DNA of 64,000 bases from Candidatus Krumholzibacteriia bacterium (GCA_041484665.1 JBGPIA010000001.1:864001-928000), one strand, 5' to 3'; positions 37,786-47,779 are shown, counted from the first letter of the stretch. Program-made: numbers and translations. Notes: generated by a model from the sequence alone, not told the origin.

Positions 37786-40131
37786 ATGGCCCGCCTGGTG
37801 CCATATCCGTTCGGACTGCTCGTCACCCGCATGATCCGCGAGCTGGAGCAGAGCCAGTCAGCCTTCGACCTGCCGGTCACGAAGTTCTTCCGTCCGCTTG
37901 CGGACAAAGACCTTTCGGTGACGTTCCAGGGCCAGCGCGCCTCCTCGCCGCTGGGGCCGGCTGCCGGCCCCCACACCCAGATGGCGCAGAACCTGGCGCT
38001 CTCGTGGCTGGCCGGCTCGCGCATCCTCGAGCTCAAGACCGTCCAGATCCTCGACCAGCTGGTCATCCCACGGCCGTGCATCGACATGCGCACGGTCGGC
38101 TTCAATGCCGAGTGGTCGCAGGAGCTGACCCTGGAAGAGTCGCTGGAGGAGTACGTCAAGGGTGCTATGCTGATCGAGATCCTGCGCTTTGGGGGCTTCC
38201 TGCCGGCCGTGGCCGACGGCAGCGAGACGCTCTTCGACATGAGCGTCGGCTACGATTACGCGGGCATCAGCAGCCAGCGAGTGCGTGCGTTCATCCACGG
38301 GATGCGCAACGCCCGCCCGCTGGTCGACCGCCTGCGTTCCGAGATCCCGCCGCACTGGAAGCAGCTGCGCGACCTCGACTTCCCCACTCGGTTGTCCGAC
38401 AACATCACACTCAGCACGTTCCACGGCTGCCCACCCGGCGAGATCGAGCGGATCGTCGACTTCCTGCTGCGGGAGCTGGGGCTGAGCTGCGTGATCAAGC
38501 TCAACCCCATGCTGCTGGGCAAGGAGGAGACGCGCCGGCTGCTGCACGACGTGATGGGCTATCGCGCGCTGCGCGCGCCGGATGCGGCCTTCGACCGCGA
38601 CCTGACCTGGGAGCAGGCAGTGGAGATCGTGCCGCGGCTGGGTGCGACGGCACAGACGTGCGGCCTGCACCTGGGAGTGAAGTTCTCCAACACGCTGGTC
38701 GTGGAGAACGACGCGAGCTTCCTGCCGGCCGAGGCGCGCGAGGTATATCTGTCGGGCCCGCCGTTGCACGTACTGGCGATGAGCCTCGTGCTGCGGCTGC
38801 GGCGCGAGTTCGGCGACCGCTTCCCCATCTCGTTCTCGGCGGGGATCGACCGCAGCAACTTCCCCGATGCGGCAGCGTTGGGGCTCGTGCCGATCACGGT
38901 GTGCACCGATCTGCTGAAGACGGGCGGCTACGGACGGCTGCCGGCCTATTATCGCGAGCTCGCGGTGCGCATGGATGCCGTCGGCGCCTGTACCGTCGAT
39001 GATTTCGTCCTGCGCGCGCACGGACAGACGGAGGCGGCGCTGTTGCAGTGCGGGCTGGCCGACGATGATCCCGCCCGCCACCGCTGCCTCGACGCCCTCA
39101 CCGCGGCCGGTGATGTGCGCGCGGCTGCAGTTGGCGACCCGCGCGCGGCTGCGGGTGGCGACCTGCGGACGGCTGCTGCTGGGAGCCTGCCGGCGGCCGC
39201 AGGGAGCGACCTGCACGCTGCCGCGGGCGACGCTCTCTACGCGCGGTGGGTCTCGCAAGCGCGGCTGCTGAACACCGAGCGCTACGTGCACGCCATCACC
39301 GAGCACGCCCATGATCCCGACTCGCACTACGGCCGCGCCCACAACGCGCGCGCGCCGCGCAAGATCGGCCGCCACCTGCAGCTGTTCGATTGCATCAGCT
39401 GCGACAAGTGCATCCCCGTCTGCCCCAACGACGCCATGTTCGCCCTCCGCCCAGAGCGCGGCGTGCTGGCCGTCGTCATGTTGCGACGCGCCGACGGCGG
39501 ATGGCGGTGGGATCGCGAGGGCAGCCTTGAGCTGCACGAGGAGCACCAGATCGCAACCTTCGTCGACTTCTGCAATGATTGCGGCAACTGCGACGTCTTC
39601 TGCCCCGAGGATGGAGGCCCCTACCGGGTGAAGCCCCGTTTCTTCGGCAGCCGGGAGGGCTGGGAGCACGGGCGGCCGTTGGATGGCCTGTTCGTGCAGC
39701 GGCGCGGCGGCCGCGACCTTGTGCTGGGCCGATTCGGCGGGGAGGAGTATCGTCTGGAGGTTTCCGCTGGGTGGCTCGAGTATTCTGGCGTCGGCTTCCA
39801 TGTCCGGTTCCAGGAGTCGAGCCCGCAGGCGACGCTCCAGGTCCAGGGCAAGGGCGAATCAGGCCGGCTCCACCCAGTGCCGATCCCCGACGAGGTGGAC
39901 CTGACCTGGTGCTACATCATGGACCGCATCCGCCAGGGGATCCTGGACCCCACGCACGTGAACTACGTGAACACCACCAGCACCACAAGCACCACCAGCG
40001 TCACCGGCGCCACGGGCGCCACCGAGGCCACCGGGGCCAACACTGCCTTGGACGCGAGCCATGCCGCCGACACGGCTGACACCCGCAACACACCCCACAC
40101 GCCCAACACCCCCAACACTCCACCCCGCTGA
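37786..40131 (+). CDS. ygfK: YgfK-like flavin/Fe-S oxidoreductase, short form
   Basis: GPAAGPHTQMAQN, ELKTVQILD, PRPCID, EWSQEL, ITLSTFHGCPPGEIE, KLNP, GVKFSNT and YLSG; CISCDKCIPVCPN and CNDCGNCDVFCP. Confidence 0.8.
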   Translation: MARLVPYPFGLLVTRMIRELEQSQSAFDLPVTKFFRPLADKDLSVTFQGQRASSPLGPAAGPHTQMAQNLALSWLAGSRILELKTVQILDQLVIPRPCIDMRTVGFNAEWSQELTLEESLEEYVKGAMLIEILRFGGFLPAVADGSETLFDMSVGYDYAGISSQRVRAFIHGMRNARPLVDRLRSEIPPHWKQLRDLDFPTRLSDNITLSTFHGCPPGEIERIVDFLLRELGLSCVIKLNPMLLGKEETRRLLHDVMGYRALRAPDAAFDRDLTWEQAVEIVPRLGATAQTCGLHLGVKFSNTLVVENDASFLPAEAREVYLSGPPLHVLAMSLVLRLRREFGDRFPISFSAGIDRSNFPDAAALGLVPITVCTDLLKTGGYGRLPAYYRELAVRMDAVGACTVDDFVLRAHGQTEAALLQCGLADDDPARHRCLDALTAAGDVRAAAVGDPRAAAGGDLRTAAAGSLPAAAGSDLHAAAGDALYARWVSQARLLNTERYVHAITEHAHDPDSHYGRAHNARAPRKIGRHLQLFDCISCDKCIPVCPNDAMFALRPERGVLAVVMLRRADGGWRWDREGSLELHEEHQIATFVDFCNDCGNCDVFCPEDGGPYRVKPRFFGSREGWEHGRPLDGLFVQRRGGRDLVLGRFGGEEYRLEVSAGWLEYSGVGFHVRFQESSPQATLQVQGKGESGRLHPVPIPDEVDLTWCYIMDRIRQGILDPTHVNYVNTTSTTSTTSVTGATGATEATGANTALDASHAADTADTRNTPHTPNTPNTPPR
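39109..39228 (+). repeat. Five degenerate 24-bp tandem repeats inside ygfK (8-aa unit G-D-x-R-A-A-A-x)
   Basis: GDVRAAAV / GDPRAAAG / GDLRTAAA / GSLPAAAG / SDLHAAAG. Confidence 0.8.
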
Positions 40132-40156
40132 ACCGGATCCTCGCGAGGCTGCACGC

Positions 40157-41326
40157 ATGAGCTCCAACGATCGCGCCCGCAAGCTCCTCGATTGCATCGA
40201 CGGCCGCGCGCTCGCAGCGCTGCACGGGCGCAGCATGATGCTGACGCAGGATTGGTCCCGCGCCGAGCTGGATGTCGTCTGCGCGCTGGCAGATGTATTC
40301 GATACACTCGACCGTGCCGGCGTGCCGGCGCCGCTCTTCCCGCAGCAGCTGTTCTACGCCCTGTTCTTCGACAACTCCACGCGCACCAAGTCGAGCTGGG
40401 CAGGAGCGGCGGCGCGCTTGGGCGCGCAACCGTTCGTGGCCGACGCCGCAAGCACCCAGCTGGCGCACGGCGAGACCGCGCAGGAGACGGGCGCCATGCT
40501 GGGCATGAACTCCCACGCCCTGGGCATCCGCCACGACCTGATCCTCGGCGAGGGCAACCGGTTCATGCGCGAAGCGGCAGCGGGAATCGCCGAGTACTTG
40601 CGCGCGCACGGCGAGAGCCGCGTAGTCCCGGTGGTCAACCTCCAGTGCGACGTCGACCATCCCACGCAGACGCTGGCCGACCTGTGCTGGCTGCACGAGC
40701 GGTTCCCCGATGGCCTGGCCGGCCGGACCGTCGCGGTGAGCTGGGCGTATTCACCCAGCTACGCCAAGCCGCTCTCGGTGCCGCAGGGGCTGATCATGCT
40801 GCTCACCCGCTTCGGCATGCACGTGCGCTTGGCGCATCCTCCGGGGTACGGCTTGATGCCCGACTGCCTGCAGGCTGCGGCGCGCAACGCCAAGGAGCAC
40901 GGCGGGAGCTTCAGCGAGTCCGGCAGCATGGACGAGGCGTTCTCCGGCGCCGATATCGTGTACCCCAAGAGCTGGGGTCCCTACGACCTCATGTTCGACC
41001 GCGTGGAGGCCAACCGCCGCCGCAATACCGCCCGCATGAAGGAGATCGAGAGCGCGGCGCTATCGCGCAACAAGCAGCATGTCGACTGGATCTGCGACGA
41101 GCGGCGCATGCGGCTCACCCGCGGGGGCGGCGCGCTCTACATGCACTGCCTGCCCGCCGACATCGGCGCGGAGGTCAGCGCCGGCGTCATGGACCAACAC
41201 CGCATCGACGTTGCGCGCGAGGCGAACAAGAAGGTCTACGTCATCATGGCGCTGCTGGCCGTCGCCAAGGAGCCCCAGCTGCGCGAGCGGCTCGCAGCCT
41301 GCATCGCGGCAGTGTCTGGCCGGTGA
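40157..41326 (+). CDS. ygeW: YgeW-like knotted carbamoyltransferase
   Basis: FFDNSTRT, HGET, NLQCDVDHPTQ, SWAYSPSYAKPLSVPQG, YPKSW and YMHCLPADI. Confidence 0.88.
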   Translation: MSSNDRARKLLDCIDGRALAALHGRSMMLTQDWSRAELDVVCALADVFDTLDRAGVPAPLFPQQLFYALFFDNSTRTKSSWAGAAARLGAQPFVADAASTQLAHGETAQETGAMLGMNSHALGIRHDLILGEGNRFMREAAAGIAEYLRAHGESRVVPVVNLQCDVDHPTQTLADLCWLHERFPDGLAGRTVAVSWAYSPSYAKPLSVPQGLIMLLTRFGMHVRLAHPPGYGLMPDCLQAAARNAKEHGGSFSESGSMDEAFSGADIVYPKSWGPYDLMFDRVEANRRRNTARMKEIESAALSRNKQHVDWICDERRMRLTRGGGALYMHCLPADIGAEVSAGVMDQHRIDVAREANKKVYVIMALLAVAKEPQLRERLAACIAAVSGR

Positions 41327-41453
41327 CGGCGCACCATCGACGATGATCCGACGCTTGCGGAGCAACGAGGGACGGACGCCCCGGGTCCAGCAACGAATCG
41401 ACGCTCCCGCTCAACGAAGCACCAACGCCCCAGGGCCAACGAAGTACCGACGA

Positions 41454-41485
41454 CAGTACCGAGACATCACAGTACCGAGACATCA
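41454..41485 (+). repeat. Perfect 16-bp tandem duplication next to the ygeY RBS
   Basis: CAGTACCGAGACATCA twice, running into AGGAG. Confidence 0.85.
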
Positions 41486-41498
41486 AGGAGATTGCCCG

Positions 41499-43085
41499 AT
41501 GGACGCCAAGATCGCACAGCTGGCCGAGAACTATCGCCCCCTTGCCGTCACGATCCTCAAGGAGGCCATTCGCGTCCCCGCCGACTTCGTCGACCGCCCC
41601 AAGGACGATGGTGGCGACCCTCTGTGCGGGCTGTCGAACCACGAACGGCCGCGGCTGGAGTACCTGCGGCGGATGATCCTGGAGATCGGGGCGGCGGAGC
41701 GCGCCGAGGACGTCCGCTACGACGCGTTCGGCAACCTGCGCTGGACCGTGCGCGACCGCAACGACCGCATCCCCGACGCCCAGAAGAGCGTGATCCTCTG
41801 GGACGGCCACACCGACACCGTGCGCGCGCTGCGCGACCGCTGGCGCGATGCCATCGGCGGCGGAATCGACGCCTACGACGGGTTGAAGGACTGGTCGAAG
41901 GTCGACCGCTCGTTCCTGCGCCGCGAGCTGGGCTATCTGCCGCCCGAGGACGAGTGGCAGAACCTGGTATTCGGGCGCGGCGCTGCCGACCAGCTCAGCG
42001 GCGTCATCTCCCAGATCGTCGCCACCAAGATCCTGCTGGAGACGCGTGGCGAGGGCTCGCTGCGCGGGGCGATCGTCGACAGCGTCGCGACCGTGGCCGA
42101 GGAGGACAACGACGGCGGGGGGTCGATGTTCATCATGCGCAAGGAGCTCGCCGGCGCCGCGCCGGAGCGCATCCCCGACGTCGTCATCCTCACGGAGGGC
42201 ACCGGCTGCTCGCAGCAGGGCGCCGTGGGAATCTACCGCGGGCAGCGCGGGCGCATGCAAATCGAGGTCGAAGTGATCGGCAAGAGCTGTCACGGCAGCA
42301 TGCCCTGGGAAGGGCGCAACCCGCTGGAGTACGGCGCGCCGATCATCGCCGAGGCCGCCGATCGTTACGCCCGCGGCGAGGGCTTCGCCAAGGACGCGTT
42401 CTTGGGCCCGGGCACGCGCACGGCGAGCTGGGCCGTGCTGGACAGCCCCAGCGATTGCGCGGTTCCCGAGCGCTTCACCTTCCGCTTCGACCGCCGCCTG
42501 ACGGCCGGCGAGGAGCCAGAGCAGGCGCGTCAGGACTTCGAGCGCATGACCACCGTGGCGCGGGCGCGCGAGGCGGGGCTGACGGTGAATGTGCGGGTGC
42601 CGTTCTACAGCGAGAAGACCTGGTGCGGCTACACGCCTGGAAACCCGCAGGTCTACCCCGGGTGGGTGACGCCGGAGGACCACCCCGCGATCGTCGCGGC
42701 AGTCGATGCTTACCAGCGCGTCGTGTCGCCGAAGATCGCAGCGGGGGGTGGCGGGGACGGCGCCTCGCGTAGCAGGGAGGGGGCCGCCCGTGGTGCGTCG
42801 GGCGGCACGGCGGGCGCGTTGCGCAAGGAGCCGCGCGTGGCCCGCTGGATCTTCTCCACCGATGGCGTCGGCTTCCCGCTGCGCCGCGATGAGACGCCGT
42901 TCGATCTGGCGCCGTCCAAACGCTGGGTCGGCGTGGGCCCGTATTGGCACCCGGCGATGTTCGGAGTCGGCCCGGGGATCGAGCAGAACACCCACAAGAT
43001 CGGCGAGTGCGTCGACGCGAGGGAGATCTCGGCGGTGATCGCGCTCCTGGCGCGGTTCCCCAGCGCGTACCGCGCGCACCTGTGA
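41499..43085 (+). CDS. ygeY: YgeY-like M20-family metallo-hydrolase
   Basis: DGHTDTV, GRGAADQ, VAEED, IYRGQRGRM, SCHGSMP, DRRLT, WIFSTDGV and GPG.E...H; AGGAG RBS. Confidence 0.82.
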   Translation: MDAKIAQLAENYRPLAVTILKEAIRVPADFVDRPKDDGGDPLCGLSNHERPRLEYLRRMILEIGAAERAEDVRYDAFGNLRWTVRDRNDRIPDAQKSVILWDGHTDTVRALRDRWRDAIGGGIDAYDGLKDWSKVDRSFLRRELGYLPPEDEWQNLVFGRGAADQLSGVISQIVATKILLETRGEGSLRGAIVDSVATVAEEDNDGGGSMFIMRKELAGAAPERIPDVVILTEGTGCSQQGAVGIYRGQRGRMQIEVEVIGKSCHGSMPWEGRNPLEYGAPIIAEAADRYARGEGFAKDAFLGPGTRTASWAVLDSPSDCAVPERFTFRFDRRLTAGEEPEQARQDFERMTTVARAREAGLTVNVRVPFYSEKTWCGYTPGNPQVYPGWVTPEDHPAIVAAVDAYQRVVSPKIAAGGGGDGASRSREGAARGASGGTAGALRKEPRVARWIFSTDGVGFPLRRDETPFDLAPSKRWVGVGPYWHPAMFGVGPGIEQNTHKIGECVDAREISAVIALLARFPSAYRAHL

Positions 43086-43316
43086 ACGCGCGCTGATCGT
43101 TCCCAGAGAGTGAGCGAGCCCTCGCCAGTGCCGCCTGGGGGCCGCGCGGCGGTGCGTCGAGGATTCCCGCCCGCCTTGCCATCGTTCCCCGTTTACCGCT
43201 AAGATCATTGCCACGCCGTCCGCCGGGGCCCCCCTGCATCGACTTCCCGGCCGATCGTCGCGCGGCCACGCGTGCGCGTGTGGCTGACCCTGGACCATGC
43301 AGGAGGATCTGACATT

Positions 43317-44849
43317 ATGTCACGCACCCAGCATGTCCGGTCTGTCTCGTTCGCGTCGGGCGTCGCGATTGCAGCGCTCGCTGCAAGTCCGACCGCAGCG
43401 GCAGCGGACGCCCCGAGAGCCGCCGTACTGCGAGTCGCCACCACCCCCGCCCCGCCTCGCGCGCTGCTTCGCGTGCTGCTTCGCGTGCTGCTCTGCGTAC
43501 TGCTCGGCGCGCTCCTGTGCGCACCGATCGCGGCAACTCGCCAGGCTGCGGCCAGCTGCGCGGAGGTCGACGTGGACGGCTCCAAGTGGTGCGGCGGCAT
43601 GATCGCCTTCTATTGGGGCGCCGGCCTCAACGGCAACTGCTCCATCCTGAGCAACCGCCAGTGCTTCTTGTGGCGCAACGCCGTCCGCGCCGCCGTCGAC
43701 GAATGGAACCTGCTGTCCTTCTCCACGTTCAACGCGCCGTTCGAGCTGGTGGAGTCGGGGACGCTGGTGGACGGCGTCCCGCCCGACTTCGGAGTGGTGT
43801 TCACCTTCGGCGATCTGCAGCTGGGGATCTACGCCAACTGCACCCCCGGCGCCGGCTCGACGGGCGAGTCGGGCATGTTCGGGGGCACGGTCTCGCCGGG
43901 CCTGCACTTCGCCTGGACCGAGACCGACTACACCATCCCAGACAACGTGGACATCGCCGTGATCCATCGGGCAGCGGTCCATATCAACGGCGACACACCG
44001 TGGACCGACGGCGTCGGCGGCGGCGTCGATCGCCTGACGGTCGCTCGACACGAGATCGGCCACGTGCTCGGACTGGGTCACGCGTTCGCCGGTACCTGCT
44101 TGATGCAGGAGTTCGGGGGCTGCAGCGAGACCAACGACGTCGACGGCAGCGCCATCGACGCCATGATCTGCCTGTACGGCTCCATCGACGCTGTGAACTG
44201 CGCGCCGCAATTCGGTTTGATCACCTACACCGCCAACGATGGCTCCCCGGGCTTCCTCATCGGATCGTGCGACTGCACGGGCAGCTGCCCGGCGGCCAAG
44301 GCGCAGAAGGTGCCCCATACCTATGAGCTCGCGCTGAGCGAGGCGGGCGGCCCCTACTCGGTCTTCGCGACGCTGCAGCAGAGCGATCTGGTGAATCGCA
44401 GCTATGTCCACCACTTCGCCCAATCGTACAGCTCGGCGCGGATCCGGCTGCGCGTCTACGACGGGGCAACGTTGTTGGACGAAACGCTCAGCAAGTTCGC
44501 GATCGCGATCCAGGCCACGGCCACCGCAGTCGTGCCGCTGCCGCCGCGCGACGCACTCGCACTGAGCGTCGCGCCCAACCCGTTCGCCGGCCAGACGGGG
44601 ATCTCGTTCGATCTGGGCACCGCTGCAGCCGTGGAGGCGTTGGTTTTCGACGCGCGCGGGCGGCGCGTGGCCACCCTGCATGACGGCGTGCTCCAGGCCG
44701 GGCACCAGTTCTTGACCTGGAACGGACGCCTCGCCGGCGGCGCGCGCGCGGCGAGCGGGGTGTACCGGTGCGTCGTGCGCACGGGCGATCCGGCGCAGGG
44801 CATCGCCCCGGGCACCGAGGCATCCGCACAGCTCGTGCTGCTCCACTGA
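43317..44849 (+). CDS. Secreted matrixin-like (metzincin) metalloprotease with a FlgD-Ig-type C-terminal domain; start uncertain
   Basis: HEIGHVLGLGH with Met-turn CLM; APNPF...FDARGRRVATL...WNG...ASGVY. Confidence 0.85.
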   Translation: MSRTQHVRSVSFASGVAIAALAASPTAAAADAPRAAVLRVATTPAPPRALLRVLLRVLLCVLLGALLCAPIAATRQAAASCAEVDVDGSKWCGGMIAFYWGAGLNGNCSILSNRQCFLWRNAVRAAVDEWNLLSFSTFNAPFELVESGTLVDGVPPDFGVVFTFGDLQLGIYANCTPGAGSTGESGMFGGTVSPGLHFAWTETDYTIPDNVDIAVIHRAAVHINGDTPWTDGVGGGVDRLTVARHEIGHVLGLGHAFAGTCLMQEFGGCSETNDVDGSAIDAMICLYGSIDAVNCAPQFGLITYTANDGSPGFLIGSCDCTGSCPAAKAQKVPHTYELALSEAGGPYSVFATLQQSDLVNRSYVHHFAQSYSSARIRLRVYDGATLLDETLSKFAIAIQATATAVVPLPPRDALALSVAPNPFAGQTGISFDLGTAAAVEALVFDARGRRVATLHDGVLQAGHQFLTWNGRLAGGARAASGVYRCVVRTGDPAQGIAPGTEASAQLVLLH

Positions 44850-44966
44850 AGCAGCCGGTGGCGTCGCCGCACCACGACTTAGGAAATCGGCCCTCGAAGC
44901 CAACACGCGGCGGAGTGCGGAACCAGGATTCCCCGAGACGAGCGGGCGACGAACGGACAAAATAGG

Positions 44967-45074
44967 GCGTCCGATCGACGCATCGTCATCGCCGCGTCCG
45001 ACCGATGCCTGGCCATCGCTGCGTCCGATCGATGCATCGTGATGGCTGCGTCCGATCGACGCATCATTGCCCCC
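44967..45074. repeat. Four degenerate 27-bp tandem repeats upstream of the MFS gene
   Basis: Units start at 44967, 44994, 45021 and 45048; consensus GCGTCCGATCGAYGCATCGTSATCGCY. Confidence 0.85.
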
Positions 45075-45092
45075 GTCGTGCCTGGAGGTCGA

Positions 45093-46439
45093 ATGGCGCC
45101 GACGAACGAGCGCCGCGCGCTCGCGGTCGTGCTGAGCGCGCTCCTCATCGACACCATCGGGTTCGGCATCATCATCCCAGTGATGCCCGATCTCATCGTG
45201 GGCCTCACCCACACGTCGTTGGGCGAGGCCGCCCGGCGGTCTGGCTGGCTCATGGGTGTGTTCGCCGCGATGCAGTTTCTGTTCGGTCCGGTGATGGGTG
45301 GACTGGGTGACCGCTTCGGCCGCCGGCCCGTGATCATCCTGTGCATGCTCACGTTCGGGCTCGACTATCTCGTCATGGGTCTCGCACCGACGTTCGGCTG
45401 GCTGTTCGTGAGCCGTGCCGTGGCCGGCATCAGCGGCGCGACGTTCGTGCCCGCGAGCGCTTACATCGCGGATATCACGCCGCCGGAGCGACGCGCGCAG
45501 AGCTTCGGGTTGATCGGAGCCGCATTCGGGTTGGGCTTCACCATCGGGCCCGCCATCGGCGGCCTGCTGGGCGGCTTTGGCACGCGTGCGCCGTTCTTCG
45601 TGGCTGCCGGTCTCGCTCTGATCAACGCGATGTGCGGCCTCTTCCTGCTGCCAGAATCCCTGCCCCCGGAGCGGCGCCGGGCGTTCCAGATCAAGCGCGC
45701 AAACCCGTTCGGCACGTTCGCCTCGCTTGCCCGCCACCACGGAGCGATGCCTCTGTTCGCCGCTTGGTTCCTGTGGATGCTGGCGCACCAGTCGTATCCC
45801 TCGACGTGGGCTTTCTTCACCAAGCTCAAGTTCGGCTGGAGCGACCACGCCGTCGGCGCATCTCTCGCGTACGCTGGGTTCACCCTGGCCCTGGCCCAGG
45901 CGTTCGTGACGCGACGCTTGATCCCCGCCATCGGCGAGCGGCGCGCGATCCTGCTCGGCCTCGGCATCGGGCTGGTGGGGTTCCTCGGGAACGCACTCGT
46001 GCCACAGGGCTGGATGGTTTACCTAGTCCTAAGCGTCGCAGCGCTGCAAGGCCTCGTGTATCCCTCGATGAACTCCACGCTGTCGCGCTCCGTGGCCGCC
46101 AACGAGCAGGGCGAGTTGCAGGGCGGCGTCGCCAGCCTGCAGAGCGTGAGCGCGATCGTCGGCCCGCCCGTCCTCACCGGCGTGCTCGCGCGCTTCACCC
46201 GTGAGGGCGCCACCGTGCGATTCCCGGGTGCAGCGTTCGCCGTGGCAGCGGCGCTCACGGCGTGCGCCTTCGTGATCGTGGCGTTTCTGGCGCGCAAGAT
46301 CTTCGCGCGGAGCGCGGCGGCGTGGCAAGCCTCGGCGGCTGCGGCCGCGACATCCGAGGCGGTCTCGACGGAGGGTTCCGCGTCAGCGGGGACGCGCGTC
46401 ACCGGCAGCAGGTCAGTGCCGAGCGCGAACCCGCCGTAG
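45093..46439 (+). CDS. TetA-like (TCR/DHA1) MFS efflux transporter
   Basis: IDTIGFGIIIPVMP, GGLGDRFGRRPV, AYIADITPPERRA, GFTIGPAIGG, LLPESL and EQGELQG; GGAGG RBS. Confidence 0.9.
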   Translation: MAPTNERRALAVVLSALLIDTIGFGIIIPVMPDLIVGLTHTSLGEAARRSGWLMGVFAAMQFLFGPVMGGLGDRFGRRPVIILCMLTFGLDYLVMGLAPTFGWLFVSRAVAGISGATFVPASAYIADITPPERRAQSFGLIGAAFGLGFTIGPAIGGLLGGFGTRAPFFVAAGLALINAMCGLFLLPESLPPERRRAFQIKRANPFGTFASLARHHGAMPLFAAWFLWMLAHQSYPSTWAFFTKLKFGWSDHAVGASLAYAGFTLALAQAFVTRRLIPAIGERRAILLGLGIGLVGFLGNALVPQGWMVYLVLSVAALQGLVYPSMNSTLSRSVAANEQGELQGGVASLQSVSAIVGPPVLTGVLARFTREGATVRFPGAAFAVAAALTACAFVIVAFLARKIFARSAAAWQASAAAAATSEAVSTEGSASAGTRVTGSRSVPSANPP

Positions 46440-46633
46440 GCGGAATCGACCCACAACGAGCCGATCGTAGCCCACCGCCTGCCGACTCTCGAGCAGCACG
46501 CACTCGCTGGAGGTGAGTCCGGTGGTCGCCTTCTACGCGGCGGGTGTGGCGGATGTCCGCGCCGGCGGTGCCATCGAGCGCGGGGCACCTGCCCCCCTGC
46601 AGCCACCCGCGTCGCCCCCTGGCGTCGATTTCG

Positions 46634-47506
46634 TCAGGCCGTCATGATGACGACGTGCTTGACGGTTCGAAACGTCTTCGGATCGAGGATGTGAAGCTCC
46701 AGCTGCCCCCCGACCAGCTGCAACTCGTAGCTCGCTGGAGGCTGGTCGCTGAGGACGTTCGCCTTGGCCGAGGGAATATAGATGACGGTTTGCTGATCGG
46801 TATCCAGTGCCGTGAACTTGTTTTCGTCGATCTGGCCCGTCAGTTTCAGCGTCCTGCCCAGCCCGAGCACACCGCCTTTGGCCACGATCAGCCCAGCGGT
46901 CAGCAGGTCCTTCCTGGAGCCGATCGTGTAGTAGATCGTTCCCAACTCGCGGCGTGAGTCTTCGATGGTCACCGCTTGGGCCTGGATCGTCTGCTTGTTC
47001 TCCTGAACGTCGGCTACGAGGCCGGTGACTTGCGTCTCGAGTGCGCCCACGCGTTGCGTGAGTTGAGCGACGAGCGCCTCCTTCTCGGCCACCGACTTTC
47101 GGAGGTTCTGGATCATCCTGTCCAGGCCGGCGATCTTGACGCCGCTCTTCTGCAGTTTGGCGTCCAGATCCTGGATCTTGTCCTTGGTGCGCTCGATGCC
47201 CGCCTTGATTATGGAGATGCGAGCCATAGCTTCATCTCCGCGGCTCTGCGACAGGCGCTGCTCTGCGTCGAGCTGGGTTGCAAGCACTTGCACGCCGTCG
47301 TCACCGAGGGCGATGACGTTCAGGCTGTCCTGGATGGCGGCGATCTCGTCGATGGCTTGTCCGTAGCGGTCACGCGTCGCCTGCTCATCGGCCTGAAGCG
47401 TGGCGTAGTTCGACGAGCTCTTCTGGAGCTTCTGGTAGAGCACCACGGTCGCACCGAGAAGGGCGACGATTGCAACGAACAGGGCGAACAGCACGGGCTT
47501 GCGCAT
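46634..47506 (-). CDS. Membrane-anchored coiled-coil protein with a conserved-looking C-terminal domain
   Basis: N-terminal TM helix, long heptad region, YYTIGSRKDL...GGVLGLG...VLSDQPPASY; AGGAG RBS. Confidence 0.75.
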   Translation of the reverse strand: MRKPVLFALFVAIVALLGATVVLYQKLQKSSSNYATLQADEQATRDRYGQAIDEIAAIQDSLNVIALGDDGVQVLATQLDAEQRLSQSRGDEAMARISIIKAGIERTKDKIQDLDAKLQKSGVKIAGLDRMIQNLRKSVAEKEALVAQLTQRVGALETQVTGLVADVQENKQTIQAQAVTIEDSRRELGTIYYTIGSRKDLLTAGLIVAKGGVLGLGRTLKLTGQIDENKFTALDTDQQTVIYIPSAKANVLSDQPPASYELQLVGGQLELHILDPKTFRTVKHVVIMTA

Positions 47507-47779
47507 GACGTCTTCTCCTTCGTTTGCGCGATCGTCGAGCTCGATCGGGGCGCGGCGGCCGATCACCGACGTCCCGGGAGTGTGGTCGGACGATCCGGGC
47601 GTCAAGCTACCCAATGCGGGGCGCCCCCGCCAGACTGGCGGCCCTCCGTCAGGCCACGTGCAATCCCTTATAGTAGCTGTCGCACACCGCCGCGAGCGAG
47701 GGAGTGGGATTGTCAAGGGATGGGACCCGCGGGTAGCATGGCCGCGCCATGGCCCTCACCCACCGCAAGGGGAACCCCG

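Noticed and set aside
43459..43520. 12-bp repeats encoding ALLRVLLRVLLCVLLGALLC, and a similar run near 5880-5950
   Set aside because: These are low-complexity slippage in a signal peptide or intergenic DNA, with no evidence of separate function.
44967..45074. 27-bp repeats as a CRISPR array
   Set aside because: The units are contiguous with no unique spacers, and there are no cas genes.
43320..45848. Very long antisense ORFs (e.g. 43320-45848, 61058-63865, 41244-43298, 37858-39801)
   Set aside because: These are shadow ORFs opposite well-supported genes, with no motifs. They are expected in high-GC DNA.
45093..46439. Calling the MFS gene a bona fide tetracycline-resistance tetA
   Set aside because: Family motifs alone do not establish substrate, and there is no tetR or mobile context.
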